64,000 nt of DNA, from assembly GCA_022605425.2 (NCBI GenBank), contig CM061249.1, positions 806,001 to 870,000 on the forward strand. Direction: 5' to 3'. The notes under the pieces are model-generated. The model was not told the DNA's origin. It saw nothing but the letters and a program-made list of their open reading frames with translations, and did no database searches. Source of the stretch: Hamiltosporidium tvaerminnensis FI-OER-3-3 (taxonomy: Eukaryota; Fungi; Microsporidia). Shown here in pieces: positions 13,841 through 27,075 of this stretch (position 1 is its first letter; every line of letters starts with the position of its first letter). A program made the position numbers and the translations under genes.

Positions 13841-14563
13841 GTCGGAGGAAAGAAACCACATAAAAAACTATCTTATTGGCAATGAATATGCGAGATTGAT
13901 GCATGAAATCAGAGTTTGGATTTTTGTTGGGAATAAAATCACACACCGTCTTCGGTTGTTCGATTGTAGTTGTTAGGAGGAGGAGAAGGTTTATGAAATG
14001 GCAAAATTTTTTCTATAAATATATTTTTTTAGTTTTTTATGTTGCTAGATTACTGACCGCAGCTGAGAATGTAGGTAATTTCCATGTAAAGGCATAAAAA
14101 CCTAGCCTTGCTCATTCTGGTTAAAAAAATTAGAACTTTGGGGATATAAAAAAACTTTTAAGCCAGGAAAACTAAGTAGTAGCTTATGCTTGTTGGTATG
14201 GCACTAACTGTTTAGGTGGATCCGATATAGTCTTCGAGATACATCTTAGACAGGGGTTTATAAGGTTTAGAAAGCGTAGGGTAAGTGGGAATGCTGCATA
14301 GTTTCGGGGGGATCCATGGTATGCTCTGGCTCAGATCATGTTCCTTGCAACCGACAATAACGAACTCCGGGCAACTACCTCGCCTAATAATTAGTTATTC
14401 ACCCTTGGTAGATCAAAGTTTTTGGATTGTAGGTATCTCGGGGTACCGATGGGGTTTTAGGGTAGTAGTTATTTGTGTTAAGCCTAGAACTGCGTTAATG
14501 ACATGAAAACAAATATAATATTTGCCACTGTTTTAAAAAGATGTGATACTTTCAAATAAAGAT
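13841..14563 (+). repeat. Dispersed ~700-bp repeat family, copy A
   Basis: Collinear with copies at 20790 and 26400; no conserved long ORF. Confidence 0.9.
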
Positions 14564-17500
14564 TTTAAAACCAGAAAAGGGGGTATTCGAATTTAAAACT
14601 GAGATAAACATGATTCCTTCATTTTTAATAGAAACCTATTTATTCCCTATAAAGAAATGGTGAGCAGGAGGACAATCTCTTCGGTAGAGATGTACTTCAA
14701 ACTTAGCAGTCTTCCTAAAAAACATGGGTATTATATACTAATGCATATATTTTGAGTAAATAAGCCTTTTGCTCAAGATTTTTTTGCAAAATGTGATAGA
14801 ATCTAGACGTAAGAACATAAATTCAACATTTATCAAATCTTAAATCGATAAGAGAATGGAGTTATATGGTTTTGATTTGATATATAATACAAAGCTAGCA
14901 ATATAAGTGTTCTTTTGAGGCGTAATATAACCGTAAAATGCTAAATAATATTTTAATTTCACCTTTATAAAAAGCTGTAAATTTATGTTGATGATACATA
15001 ATCTAATGTTTAGAATTATATAATTTATTGCCACTATTCTTATATCGTATAATATGCAAATTAGTATTTTTCAAATAGATTTAATATATGAAGTGCCAAT
15101 TAAAGTGTAAAAATTACAACAATAAAAAAATAAAGAATTAGAAGGCAATAATATTTGATTTTTATAATCTTAACTATTTATATTTGTTTTAATACCCAAT
15201 GAAATAGTTTAAAATTAACTGTTTAGCAAATAATTCTTGAATCAAAACAATTTCTGTTCATTAACGTTCATATTGTTTTCTCACTGCCCGATATAGGCAA
15301 ACATATAATGTAAAAGGGATTCGCTTTTACATATTTTTTGAGATCCTGAATCGAAATATCGACAAAGCAAACTATTTCAATAGAAAAAAAAAATTTAAGT
15401 AAATAAGAAAGTAATTTAATAGGTACATCGGCTTATTGAAAAAACCTAAAGAATGCGTAAAAATGAGGCGAGAAATTATCTAAGAAAAAATTTTCGATAA
15501 ATATTGTATTATTGTATCAGTATAAATAACATAAATTAATCAAATATATTTTAAGAATACAGCAAGCTTTGATGTTTTTCTTACTTTTTTAATTAGAAGT
15601 TTTTTCTTTGTAGATTGTGATATTTACTTCCCAATCAGAAATTTATACGTTACTTCATATATCAAGGTTTGATTTGAAATTTTGACTTTATAAATAGAGT
15701 GATTAAATTACCTTCTATCGAATTAAAAACAACTTAAATCTTTTAAAATAAATTCAATTGTAAAAAATTCTAAAACTTAAAATGTGCATCGCAAATTGCT
15801 ACAGATCTTGAACGATTTGGATATAATTGTTTTTTTATCGGCTTAAGACGAAATTAAAGCAAAATTTCGGCGCTTAATATATTGTGAAAGAATATCATAA
15901 TTGTGTTGGCGTATACAGATTATTGATCTTTACACCTTAAATTTTTTTAAAAACTAATATGGCTATATTATAAAATCTCTCCGCGAAAACATAATCTATA
16001 ATGTTGTTTTTTTGAGAGAACCCGTATAATATGGCATAATATATCCAATATAAAATATTTCATTGGATTGGAAGCATCCTGGTTAAAGAGATGAGTATTT
16101 GTTTTTCAGTACCTTAAAAGTAAAGAATTAATTAAAAAACAAATTCATGTATATTTATATGTGGTTTTGAAGTTGAATAAACTCTGAGTTTATAAAAATA
16201 ATTTGTGAATCTACACATATGGAAAAAATGGTATGCAGATTGATATAAATTTTCAAAAGTATCAAATTATGTGCTTTATTGGAATTTTGGTAAAAAATAT
16301 AAAATATAATTCAGGTATTCGCTAAATTTTTTTCGTATACTTACTATCAATCGGGAATAGCAAAATAATGGATGTATTAGTATCTAGTAAAGCATCTAAG
16401 AATACTGTATACCATAAAAACAATTATTTTAATAATTGTTAAGAAATGAATTCGCAAACCATGAAGATCTTAGAAATATCTTATCTAGTAATTTGAAACG
16501 CGAAATATATACAATATTTTAGATAGAATCAGTTTCATTTTATTTGATTGTTCATTAAGATCATGATACAATAAACATTAGAAATGCTACAAGGCCTATA
16601 TGGAATATCTTAGGCATACTAAAAAGAAATTCTATTATTCTTTTCAAGAATTAAATTATCTTAGAATCATTAATTTGGAAATTCAAATGCTTAGTCTCAT
16701 TCCATTCCTCTTTTAATCTGTTGTAATTCGTGATCAAGGGAAATGAAAATAGATCCAATGTGGTTTATATCCTGCATAAATAGCAAAAATTAATTTTACA
16801 CGAATTATTTGCACTCATCAAAACCCAGAGGTTTTTAATTGGTTATCTTCTCTCCATCCTTCATATAAATCAATAAGAGAATATGAAATGGCTTTTAAAA
16901 ACCTTAAATTGATTAATATTGTTGTAAAATTCCAGTATTTCGACATCAAGCAGATATTTTCTCTATCCGACAAAATAAACTCTAAACCTAAGTTTACAGA
17001 TTCTCTCAATCAAATTATTTAGTTTGGTTGTGTTCTAGATCATAGTAACATTTATAATGACATTCTGTAGCTTAAATGATTTTTTTACAACGTTAATGGT
17101 TTCATATTCTTAAATGTATTGATTTCGACTATAGGGTTAATTTGAGAAGCATAATTACTATGTTTATAATATAATTTTACATTTTTTAGTTGATGTAAGA
17201 TAGCCTCATAATAAGCTAACCGCATTGGTAAACTTATTAAGAAAAACGTTAATTACATTTATTATGGAATAAACTAGACTACATAATAGATTGCTTTATG
17301 AAAATTTGTATTGAGTGAGATACTCTACAAAATAGTAAAAAAAGTATTCCACCTTAATTCGTAGTTATTTTTGTGATTAGGCTGAAATCCCAAATTGAAA
17401 CCGTATTTATTATCATTTTAAATCATTTAAAATCATCCCTGAAGCGGATAAAAATACTTTGCGCCTATCTACCAATTCATATCCATCAAAAAATTACGAA

Positions 17501-18740
17501 AAATAAGTAGCAAATTATAACTTTTTTGAAATTTCAATTTATATGAAAATCCCGAATGGGCTACCGAAATATGGTTTAATTAGAAGAGCTATTCGATCTG
17601 GAATTTCAGTAAGTTATACAACGGGTCGTCTTAGATGAAGATTTTTTATGTTTCTGAAGGCAAAGAAATTCAGACAAAGCACATTTATAATCTACTTTTA
17701 ACTGCCTAACTCATCACATTAGACTATGTACATCTTAGATGCGAAGTTTTTGATTTAGGTACATGGAATACCGATAGAGTGATGAAGATGTAGTTATCCA
17801 GGTTAAACTAGAGTTTGTCAATATTAGAAAAACAATAGCAAATGCCAGCTTTTTAAATAAATATTATTTTTATTTAATACAAATAAATATTATCTAGATT
17901 TTCTATATTACCTACCTTGCTTTGTAATTTGATTATAAATTTGAATGGAGTAGTTATTACTTTCTAGCTAACTTTTAAAACCCTTTTGTTTTTGGTTTGA
18001 TGTAAATCGATGTTGTTTGGGTGCCATATTATTGCGTATTGCCATTATGCGATTTTAAGAGTTTTAACGAATACCATAAACTATACTCAAGCAGTTATGT
18101 TAATAATATAATTTGTATGTGATTAAGTGAATATTTCAATGCTTTTGATGAATCATATATCAAAAAATGCCTATATTCTAACGTTTTGTCTGCAAATTAT
18201 TATATATAATCGGTAATATGACAGTAGCTTTTTGTAAAAATTTTACTTTATTTCCACTATCCCTGAATGAATGGCATTCGCAAATTCGAAAGCCAACCAA
18301 ATTGCCTCATTATATAATTCAAGAGGCCCAAAACTGTTTTATAGTATAATCTTTGGTACAATTTTGTACTTAAGTTTTTTAGCATATTATGTTAAAGGCT
18401 TAATAACCCTAAGAACGAAGAAATAGAAAAATTAAAAGTAATTAAATGATATAAAACTTTCATATAGATCTAATCAAACAAGATTAATTGTTTATATTGA
18501 CCTGTATATAAAATATACACAAGACCAAGGTATATAAATGGCATATTCTGAATTTATTTTGTGACATATTGATTACCTAGTCCTTTTTGGCAAAAAAACC
18601 AAAATAATCAGTTAACTTTATAAGTTTTACATAAAATAGATACCTGAAATCTTCAGATCTAAAACATAAGATTTTAAAAATAATTTAAACAGAATCAAAA
18701 GGCAAAATGTATTTTGAAAATATGAACTTTTATGTCAATA

Positions 18741-20065
18741 TTTTTCAAAGAAACTGTAATTTTTTTAAGCTTTAAACTTATAATACGATTATACCTCATT
18801 TATTTTTTAAAAAAATTAAATTATAATCAAATAATATGATTTAGACAACGAATTAATTATATAAATTTAGCATTTAATTAATATATTATTTTAAGAATAT
18901 CACATTTTTTTAAGAATCCAGAAAACAAAGGCTAGGAATATCCAAAATCCGAAAAACTTTATAAAAGTATTTCTTCTATTTCTAATCATATTCCATGTTT
19001 TGTTGATTTCATGGGTACTTTTTTGTACAAAGCCTCTTGAATCTCCCATTAAGTCATCTATTCGTTTAAGATTCTCTCCTTGCATTGAAACATGAAGAGA
19101 AATATCAGAAACAACTTGACCAAGTTCATTTATTTGTAATGCTATATTTTCTCTTACACGTTCTCTTAAATTTTGAATTTCATTTTCTTCTATTAACAAT
19201 TCAGTTTGTAACTGATTATTCGCTTCAGAAGTTTCAGTTACGTTTCTATTTTCTTGTTCCGCAGAAAATCGATTTCTTCGCAATTTTTCATTTTTCTTTT
19301 GTTCTTCTATTCGATTTAAATATTTTGATAATAGAATAGCATTTTTATACAACCGATTTCTTATCATTTCTTTTATATTTTCTGTATTTAACTCTTCTTG
19401 TTCATTTTTAGCTTCAAGTATAAAATTTGAAAGATTTTTTTTTAAATCTTCAATTAAAATTTGCGTTGTTTCTATTTTCTCTTGAAACGTAAAATCTTCA
19501 TAAATGTGTTTATTTATGCATCCCTTTTCAATTTCTTTTAAATTTATAGATATTTTTTCTAGATGCATAAAGAAATCTTTGAAATGAGAAGGCGCATTTC
19601 TAAAAGAGTTTTGTGGTATAAAAGTAGAAGTAACAATTGCCATAAATTCTTTTGATCTATCCATTTTTTATTCTAAGTTAGGAATCTTTAAATCTAAAGG
19701 GGTTAAGTACAATAAATACACAAATTATTGTTTAAAGAATTTTTTTAATCTTCAGAAGATTCAATTATAAGTAAAAAGAAAATCAGTAAGAATTCTTTGG
19801 GGAAAGTATCAAATTATAAAAAAAGGTAAACAATGAGTTTATTGGTTTACTCCTTTGTTATTTCAAAAACTCAGTTGGAAAAAAATTATCACTTATTTTT
19901 CAATTTTTCCATGAATCTCCACACCCTTTTCTGTTTACTCCTTGGTATTTCAAAAACTTAGTTGAAAAAAATATCACTTATTTTTCAATTTTTACTAGAA
20001 TCTCTTCACAGCCTTTTCTGTTCAAAAGATAATATTTCATATTCCATATATAATTTAAAGTAAGG
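18741..20065 (-). repeat. Right arm of inverted segmental duplication
   Basis: Reverse complement of 1-1326, including upstream tandem repeat, CDS and 3' flank. Confidence 0.95.
18900..19664 (-). CDS. Syntaxin (Qa t-SNARE), Sed5-like, copy 2
   Basis: 254 aa, differs from copy 1 at 7 residues. Confidence 0.85.
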   Translation of the reverse strand: MDRSKEFMAIVTSTFIPQNSFRNAPSHFKDFFMHLEKISINLKEIEKGCINKHIYEDFTFQEKIETTQILIEDLKKNLSNFILEAKNEQEELNTENIKEMIRNRLYKNAILLSKYLNRIEEQKKNEKLRRNRFSAEQENRNVTETSEANNQLQTELLIEENEIQNLRERVRENIALQINELGQVVSDISLHVSMQGENLKRIDDLMGDSRGFVQKSTHEINKTWNMIRNRRNTFIKFFGFWIFLAFVFWILKKM

Positions 20066-20789
20066 TTAAAACTCAACTCTGATGTTATTTTAATTCTCTA
20101 GTGATATCAAGAAGTTAGTATTCCTTTTATATTTACAAGCCCATAATTTAAATTAAGGTGTTTCAGAGAAACCAAGAAAATTAATTATTTTATTACTTAA
20201 AAATTTAATGACAATTAAATAATTTAGAAATATTTTATTAGTATATTACGAAAAATTTATGAAATATATGGTTAGTAATCAGTAGGATTACTGAGATTTC
20301 ATGAAAATACACATATTTTGTTTCAGGATAAAGATTATACGCTTAAATATTACTTTTTAGAATACGAAATACTTTATCTATAATTTATGATTATATTTAT
20401 TTACATTGCAAAATATATATTTGATACCTTCCTATTATGCAAATCATTACAATTTTTAAGAATAATTATGAATATTATTTCTTCTTAGAAAATACTTTCT
20501 GGAATATATAGTCATTAATTTAAAAAACTGATTTTTGTGAATAAATAATTGGAAATGTATTTCAGATTATAAATGCTCATTAGAAACCATAATGTACGAT
20601 ATAAAATTTTATTAGCTCAAAAGTTTTTTAATTTATATTATTTAACTATCCTAATACCATCATGAGTTAAATTGATTAAGAAATTTTATAAAATTTATAT
20701 CTCAGTTAGAAACAAATATATGTCTTACTCCTTTAAAAAATAAAACCTTTAGGTGGTATTATAGATTTATAATTATATTAAAATATATG

Positions 20790-21525
20790 AGTGGTGGGGG
20801 GTGGATAACTACATAAACAACCTCTTGTTTAGCATATAATGTGTGAAACAAGAGTGAGGATCTTTGTTTGAATTTTTCGGTAGAATAAAAACCACATTAC
20901 ATCTTCGATTGTTCCATTGAAGTTGTTATGAGGAGGAGAGGTCTAAGAAATGACGAAACTTTTTCTACAAATATATTTTATAGTCTTTTATGTAACTAGA
21001 TTGCAGATTACAGCTGAACATGTAGCTAATTACCATGCTAAAGCATGGAAACCTAGCTTCGCTCACTCGGGTTAGGAGATTTAACGCCTAGGAGATATAA
21101 AAATAAAACCCATTAAAAGCCGAGAAAGCTAAGCAGCAGGTTATACATATTGGTAGGACATTGCACTGTCTAGGTGGATCTCATGCAAATCTCTGATATA
21201 TATCTTAGCTAAAAGTTTATTGAGTTTAGAAAGTGTTTAGTAAGAGGGAATACTGAAGTGTCTTGGGGGAGCCCAGGTGGAGGCATCGGCCTTCTATCAC
21301 ACTCCATGCAACGGACAATAAGAACACCGGGCAACTGCCTTGCCTATTAATTAGGTTCTACGCACTTGGTTGATGAAAGGCTTTGGGATGTAGGTTTCGC
21401 AGGGGTTGCCGATGGAGTGTTGAGGTAGCAGTTATATATGTTAAACTTAGAACTGCGTTAATGTCATAAAAACAAATATAACACTTGCCACTGATTTAAA
21501 AAGATGTGATACTTTTAAATAAATA
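20790..21525 (+). repeat. Dispersed ~700-bp repeat family, copy B
   Basis: Shares right end tagaactgcgttaatg...gatgtgatacttt with copy A. Confidence 0.9.
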
Positions 21526-22809
21526 TTCCATAGAAAATTCTAAAAATCTAACAAAATGTTTTCGAATTTCAGAAATGACTTACGAAATATTTATAATAAC
21601 AAATTCATTTTACTATTTTTATAATCATAAAAAATAGTTCAAATTACAGAAGCATTAAAATTTATAATATATGCAATATTTCGAGATAGTTTTAGGTTAT
21701 GTGAACGAAATTTGGTTTTAAGGAAAAGCAAATATAAACTATTAATACAAATAAACAAAGGTCTATTAAAGATTCTAAGCTTGGATATCTGTTCAAAATC
21801 TTTAATATTGGTTTAAAATATTATTTTTATAGTATTTTAGATTATAAGTAAATATTCAAATGTTTTTGAAATTTTAAAAAGTCAATTTATAAACGATAAT
21901 TCTGTTGTTTTTTTTTGCCGAAAAGCTAGAAGGTTAAGGGTAGAGTTAAAAAAAGAATTGTATTCTCTTGGTATGTATAAATTTTAAAAAGATGTTCGAA
22001 TTATATTTTTATGAATAAATCAGCTTTGAGGTGTGAATTCCCTTGAAATCGTAGAAAATTTTAAATTTCCGACTAATTATTATCAAAAGCTAGAATTGAT
22101 TCTATTTAAATCAAGAGTAATTTATAAGGATTTATGTTCTAATGTTTCAAGAAATAAATAATTATACTTAAGAAACCGTAGATTCTATTCGCATCCAAGA
22201 TAAATAACAAAAATCGTATTTTTACGGACTCGAACGTGCTTGGTCAGCCTTTAACACAGTATATTTGTATTAAAAATGCAATCAAATATCGAAAAATATA
22301 ATTAAAATGGTAAATTAATAGAAAGTATTGTTTGTGGATAGCTGTTTTTTCCTATTATAGAGTTTTGTCACTTTTAATTTTACGAATTTTTTTGCGCTTT
22401 AAAGTAAGATTCTACTTTAATACCAGAAAAACAATAATCATAAAATCAATATAAAGAGGTTTAAAATATATAAAGAAAATATTAAAAATGATTGTTATAA
22501 CAATATTTTAAAGTACTCTTAAAATATTTGAATTGAATTTTTGCAATAAAAATAAACTATGACTGTATAAATCAAACAATGTCTAAAATCTTTTTCTTCT
22601 AGTCAATATTTCCAAAAACCAAATCTCAAATTTATGAGTCTAAATTTTTGTAGTTATTTTTATATTCAGAATCTATGAACCGTTGCTCAAATTATTTTTA
22701 TCCCGTATACTTATTTAAGGCAAAAAAATCTTTTATAAAATTTACAGTTTCATTGAAAAAGATTGGAATTTACTTCTCGATAAAAAATATTTATTTCTAA
22801 AAAAATAAA

Positions 22810-22814
22810 CCCAT
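22810..22814 (+). promoter_or_regulatory. CCC-type motif before ATG, also seen at 53181, ~55646, ~62864 and (minus strand) 48901
   Basis: cccatATG, ccctttaaATG, cccctttaaATG, cccttctATG; a CCC-like signal near start codons is known in microsporidia. Confidence 0.6.
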
Positions 22815-24200
22815 ATGGATGTTGGACTTATTGGACTTGGAGTAATGGGAAAAAACCTTGTATTGAATATTGCAGATCATGGATATAGTGTAGCTGTTTA
22901 TAACAGAACATACAACAAAACAATCGAATTTATAACCGAAACAAACAAAAATACTATAAAAGGATATGAAAAACTCGAGGATTTCATTTTTTCATTGAAA
23001 GAGCCTAAAATAATATTTATAATGGTTATGGCAGGTACAGCTATCGATAAAATACTAGAAGAAATATCTGGTTTTTTAGGTATAAATGCAGTTGTTATAG
23101 ATGGTGGAAATTCTCATTATTTGGATACTGAAAGAAGATGTTATAAATATTTTGGAAGATTTAACTATATTGGATGTGGAATATCAGGTGGTGAAGAGGG
23201 AGCAAGATATGGGCCGTCGTTAATGCCAGGTGGGAATAAAGAAGGATGGGTTCTAATCAAAGAACTTTTATGTGGAATTTCAGCTAAATTTAAAATCGGA
23301 GAAAATGAATTTCCTTGTTGTGAATGGATGGGGGAAGGTGGTTCAGGCCATTTCGTTAAAATGGTTCATAATGGAATCGAATATGGTGATATGGCTATTC
23401 TTTCTGAATTATATCTTATAATGAAATATTTGGGAATGGAAAATGAAAAAATGGCGGATACTTTTAAATCTTGGAATGATGAACATCAATTCTCTGGATA
23501 TTTATTGAATGTTATGGAATTGGTTTTGAAAAAGAAAGAAAAACAAGAATATATAATTAATAGTATCGAAGATAAAAGTGAACAGAAAGGAACTGGTAGA
23601 TGGTGCGTTGTAGCATCAATTGAAAATACAACACCTTCAACTTTGATGGCGGAATCAGTTTATTCCAGGTTTCTTTCAAATCAAAAAGATTTAAGAATAG
23701 ATTTTTCTAAAAAGATTGATGATTGTTTAGAAATTACGAATGATATAAATTTAAATGAAGATGATTTAAAGCGAACATTTTTTATGGCGAAAGCTGTTTC
23801 TTATGTTCAAGGATTCAATTTGCTAAGAAATGGGTCTAAAAATAACAACTGGGATTTAAATTTACCGAGTATTACAAGAATATGGAGAAATGGCTGTATA
23901 ATTCGAAGTAATTTTTTAGAAGTCATTGAAAATATTGTTCAGGAAGTTGATGAAAACTTTGAATTATCAGATATTTTTATAAACATTTGTAAGCAAAATA
24001 TTCAAAATCTAAGAAAAGTTGTTGGGTTTTCTATTTGTAAAGGGATTCCAGTTCCAGTATTAAGTGCATGTTTAGAATTTTTCGATATTTTAAATACTAA
24101 GAGGGGAGGTGGCAATATAATTCAAGCTCTGAGAGATTATTTTGGATCTCATATGGTAAGATTCTTGGGAAAAGATGAAGACGAACATGTGGAATGGTGA
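22815..24200 (+). CDS. gnd: 6-phosphogluconate dehydrogenase, decarboxylating
   Basis: GLIGLGVMG, YNRT, IDGGNS, ISGGEEGARYGPSLMPGG, GHFVKMVHNGIEYGDM, QKGTGRW, WRNGCIIRS, IIQALRDYFGSH. Confidence 0.98.
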   Translation: MDVGLIGLGVMGKNLVLNIADHGYSVAVYNRTYNKTIEFITETNKNTIKGYEKLEDFIFSLKEPKIIFIMVMAGTAIDKILEEISGFLGINAVVIDGGNSHYLDTERRCYKYFGRFNYIGCGISGGEEGARYGPSLMPGGNKEGWVLIKELLCGISAKFKIGENEFPCCEWMGEGGSGHFVKMVHNGIEYGDMAILSELYLIMKYLGMENEKMADTFKSWNDEHQFSGYLLNVMELVLKKKEKQEYIINSIEDKSEQKGTGRWCVVASIENTTPSTLMAESVYSRFLSNQKDLRIDFSKKIDDCLEITNDINLNEDDLKRTFFMAKAVSYVQGFNLLRNGSKNNNWDLNLPSITRIWRNGCIIRSNFLEVIENIVQEVDENFELSDIFINICKQNIQNLRKVVGFSICKGIPVPVLSACLEFFDILNTKRGGGNIIQALRDYFGSHMVRFLGKDEDEHVEW

Positions 24201-26399
24201 AATAAAAGTCTTTTGTTTTACATTTATACAAATATTTTAATTTTCTTGATTTTAATGGATTTTTTAATTTAGAAAATCGTATTTAAAAATTATGAAAATT
24301 TATACAACTTAGTGATATAAAAAAATCGAAACTAATATTCGTTCGATTATAATCCTCGAATGTCTATTTATTAAAAATTTCAAAAAAAACTGGAAAAAGT
24401 CTAGAAATTTTTTCATATGCAACCAAAGAATATTGGTTTTACATATAGGATTTACACAATAATTTTGGCGTAAGAAAGTAAATTATATAAAAAACATTAA
24501 AAATATGTGTAAAAAAATATAAATTTAATTATATACTTGCATAAAAACTTCAGACTTTTTCACATTTAAGATCGAATTGTATTGCCTTTTTTGCGTTGAT
24601 CTAATTTTAAATATCCAAATATATCAAAAATTATATTTTTTTAATGTATTCCCATATATAAATTTATTTTAATGAATATTTATTAGAATCCCGCTATTTC
24701 GTCATAATATCAGTCAAAAATCGAAGCCATTTATTATAAACAAACTCGGCTTTAATACTTCATTTCTATTTTATTTTTGATATAATTTTAGGTGATTTTT
24801 AGTTATATTTTACTTTAAAGTGACAGTATCTCATATATACACCTAATATTACTTAGATATCAATTGAGTCATGTTCACGAATAAAATAAATAAATTTATA
24901 AGTTTCGGTTTTTCAAAAATTTCTGGTTTTGCAGACCTTTTTTTTCTCAATTTGAATACATAATTCCCATAAAATCCGATAGCTTTCGATAGCTGATTAA
25001 ATCAATTTAAAAATCTAATTGTATATGGAAGCACTCTCAAAAAGGATTTGATTTTAAGATTAAAATTCAATTTCGATATTTTGTCGTATTTTACTTATTT
25101 TCTACAATTTTAATTCATATATTGAATCTACTGATAAATATAAACAGAGTCGAAACTTTAATTGTACAAAAAAACTATATTTCAAAAAATACTAAAGAAA
25201 ACTCGGCGTAAAATAGAAAAAATTTGTTTTTTTTAAAAAGTCGTTCCCTAAATTTTAATATAGCTATTCTTTGAACTAATAAGTATGTTACCATATATAT
25301 GTTTTACATTTGGCACTAGAACATTTTTCGAAATAATTTTACTTTTTCGATCGATTTTGTCTTAGAATCAGCAATGAAAATATTTAATTTTTGCCTTCAA
25401 AATACATAGGGTTTATATTCGGAATACAGGAGAAAAACATGATTTATATCAAAGATCCTTAAAAAATCAATTTCAAAAATCTATTCAGTGGAATACAATA
25501 TGGGATGTTACTATCATGTTTAAAATTAAATTTAAATCATTACACAATTTATTCATCAATTTTAAAATTTATGGATAACGAAAAATAATTTAAACGTATC
25601 AGAATATAATAAATCCATGAAGAAATCTAGTTTCTCATATTATATTTATCTTCTTCTCATACTGAAATATCTCAAAACCACTTGTTCTTTTATATTTCCG
25701 GTTGGCATACACCGTATTATGTAGAATTCAAATGGTCCTCTACTATCAAGCATTTGTATTAACATCTGCTTTTATAGAAGGTACATTGAGGCACATCCTC
25801 GGGCACATACTGTAAACACTTCTAACGGAACTATTCTTTGTATAATAAAGTTCATTATCAAAAATGCTTTATAAGGCAAACCCTTTGAAAAAATATCACC
25901 GAATTACCCCCTGTTGCTTTTTATCCTAGTCACACATTAAAAATGCCTTCACGATTAGAATGGCAATCTTTTTACTAAAAATTTTCTTTCGCCTAAAAAA
26001 ATATTTTCGATATTTCTATTTTGAAAATAGCAAAGATCAGAGTTCATCCATATTAAATTTTAGAGTATTGTTCTTATTTTTAGTATATATTGATAATTTT
26101 GAAATATCTAAAATCTGGAAATGCCAATTTATGTAATTTATGCTGTGAGGAGAATATATTTTTAGCAAAGTAAACATTTTTTCTTTGTATTCGAGTCAAG
26201 ATTATCCTATAATATGGAAGTGCAAAGTTCTTAAGGTAGGAAATCATATGCATTTGGTTCGGATAAAGATGCTTAGATATTCGATTATAATTCCTATGGC
26301 ATCCAATAAGAGTAAATATGTCCCAAATTACTAACAGCACAATATTATGTTGATATTATATCTACTATTAAATTATATACTTATTTTTTCAAATAATAA

Positions 26400-27075
26400 A
26401 AGTGGAGGGAGGATAACCACATAAAAAACTTTCTGCTTGGCAATGAGTGTGTGAAACTGGTGTGAGGTCATTGTTTGGATTTTTGGTGGAAATAAAACCA
26501 CACTACATCTTCGGTTGTTCTTTGGGAGTCGTTATGAGGAGAAGAGGTCTAAGAAATGGAGAAACTTTTTCTACAAATTTATTTGTAGTTTTTTATGTAA
26601 CCAGATTGCAGACCGCAGCTGAACATGTAGGTAATTGCCATGTAAAAGCATGGAAACCTAGCCTTGCTCACTCGGGTTAGAAGACTTAGCGCCTGGGAGA
26701 TATAAAATAAAAACTATTAAAAGCCGGGAGAGCTAAGTAGCAGGTTATACCTGTTGGTATGGCATTGCACTGTCTAGGTGGACCCCATGTAAATCTCTGA
26801 AATATATCTTAGCTAGAAGTTTATTGGGTTCAGAAAGTGTAGAGTAAGTGGGAATGCTGCATAGTCTTGGGGGAGCCCAGGGGGGGCTTCGGCCTTCGAT
26901 CACACTCCATGCAACGGACATTAACGAACTCCGGGCAACTGCCTCGCCTAGAAATTAGGTTCTACACACCTGGTAGATGAAAGGCTTTGAGACGTGGATG
27001 GGGTTCGGTTGGTGGATTGTTAACCTGACTGGTATGTTAAACAATACTGCCCTTTTAAAGTTACTTTTAAATAAA
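26400..27075 (+). repeat. Dispersed ~700-bp repeat family, copy C (most GC-rich; different ~80 bp near right end)
   Basis: Collinear with A and B to ~26990; ends tacttttaaataaa like B. Confidence 0.9.

Noticed and set aside
13903-14506. Short ORFs in the dispersed repeat (also 26447-26680)
   Set aside because: Stops and frameshifts differ between copies; not conserved as coding.
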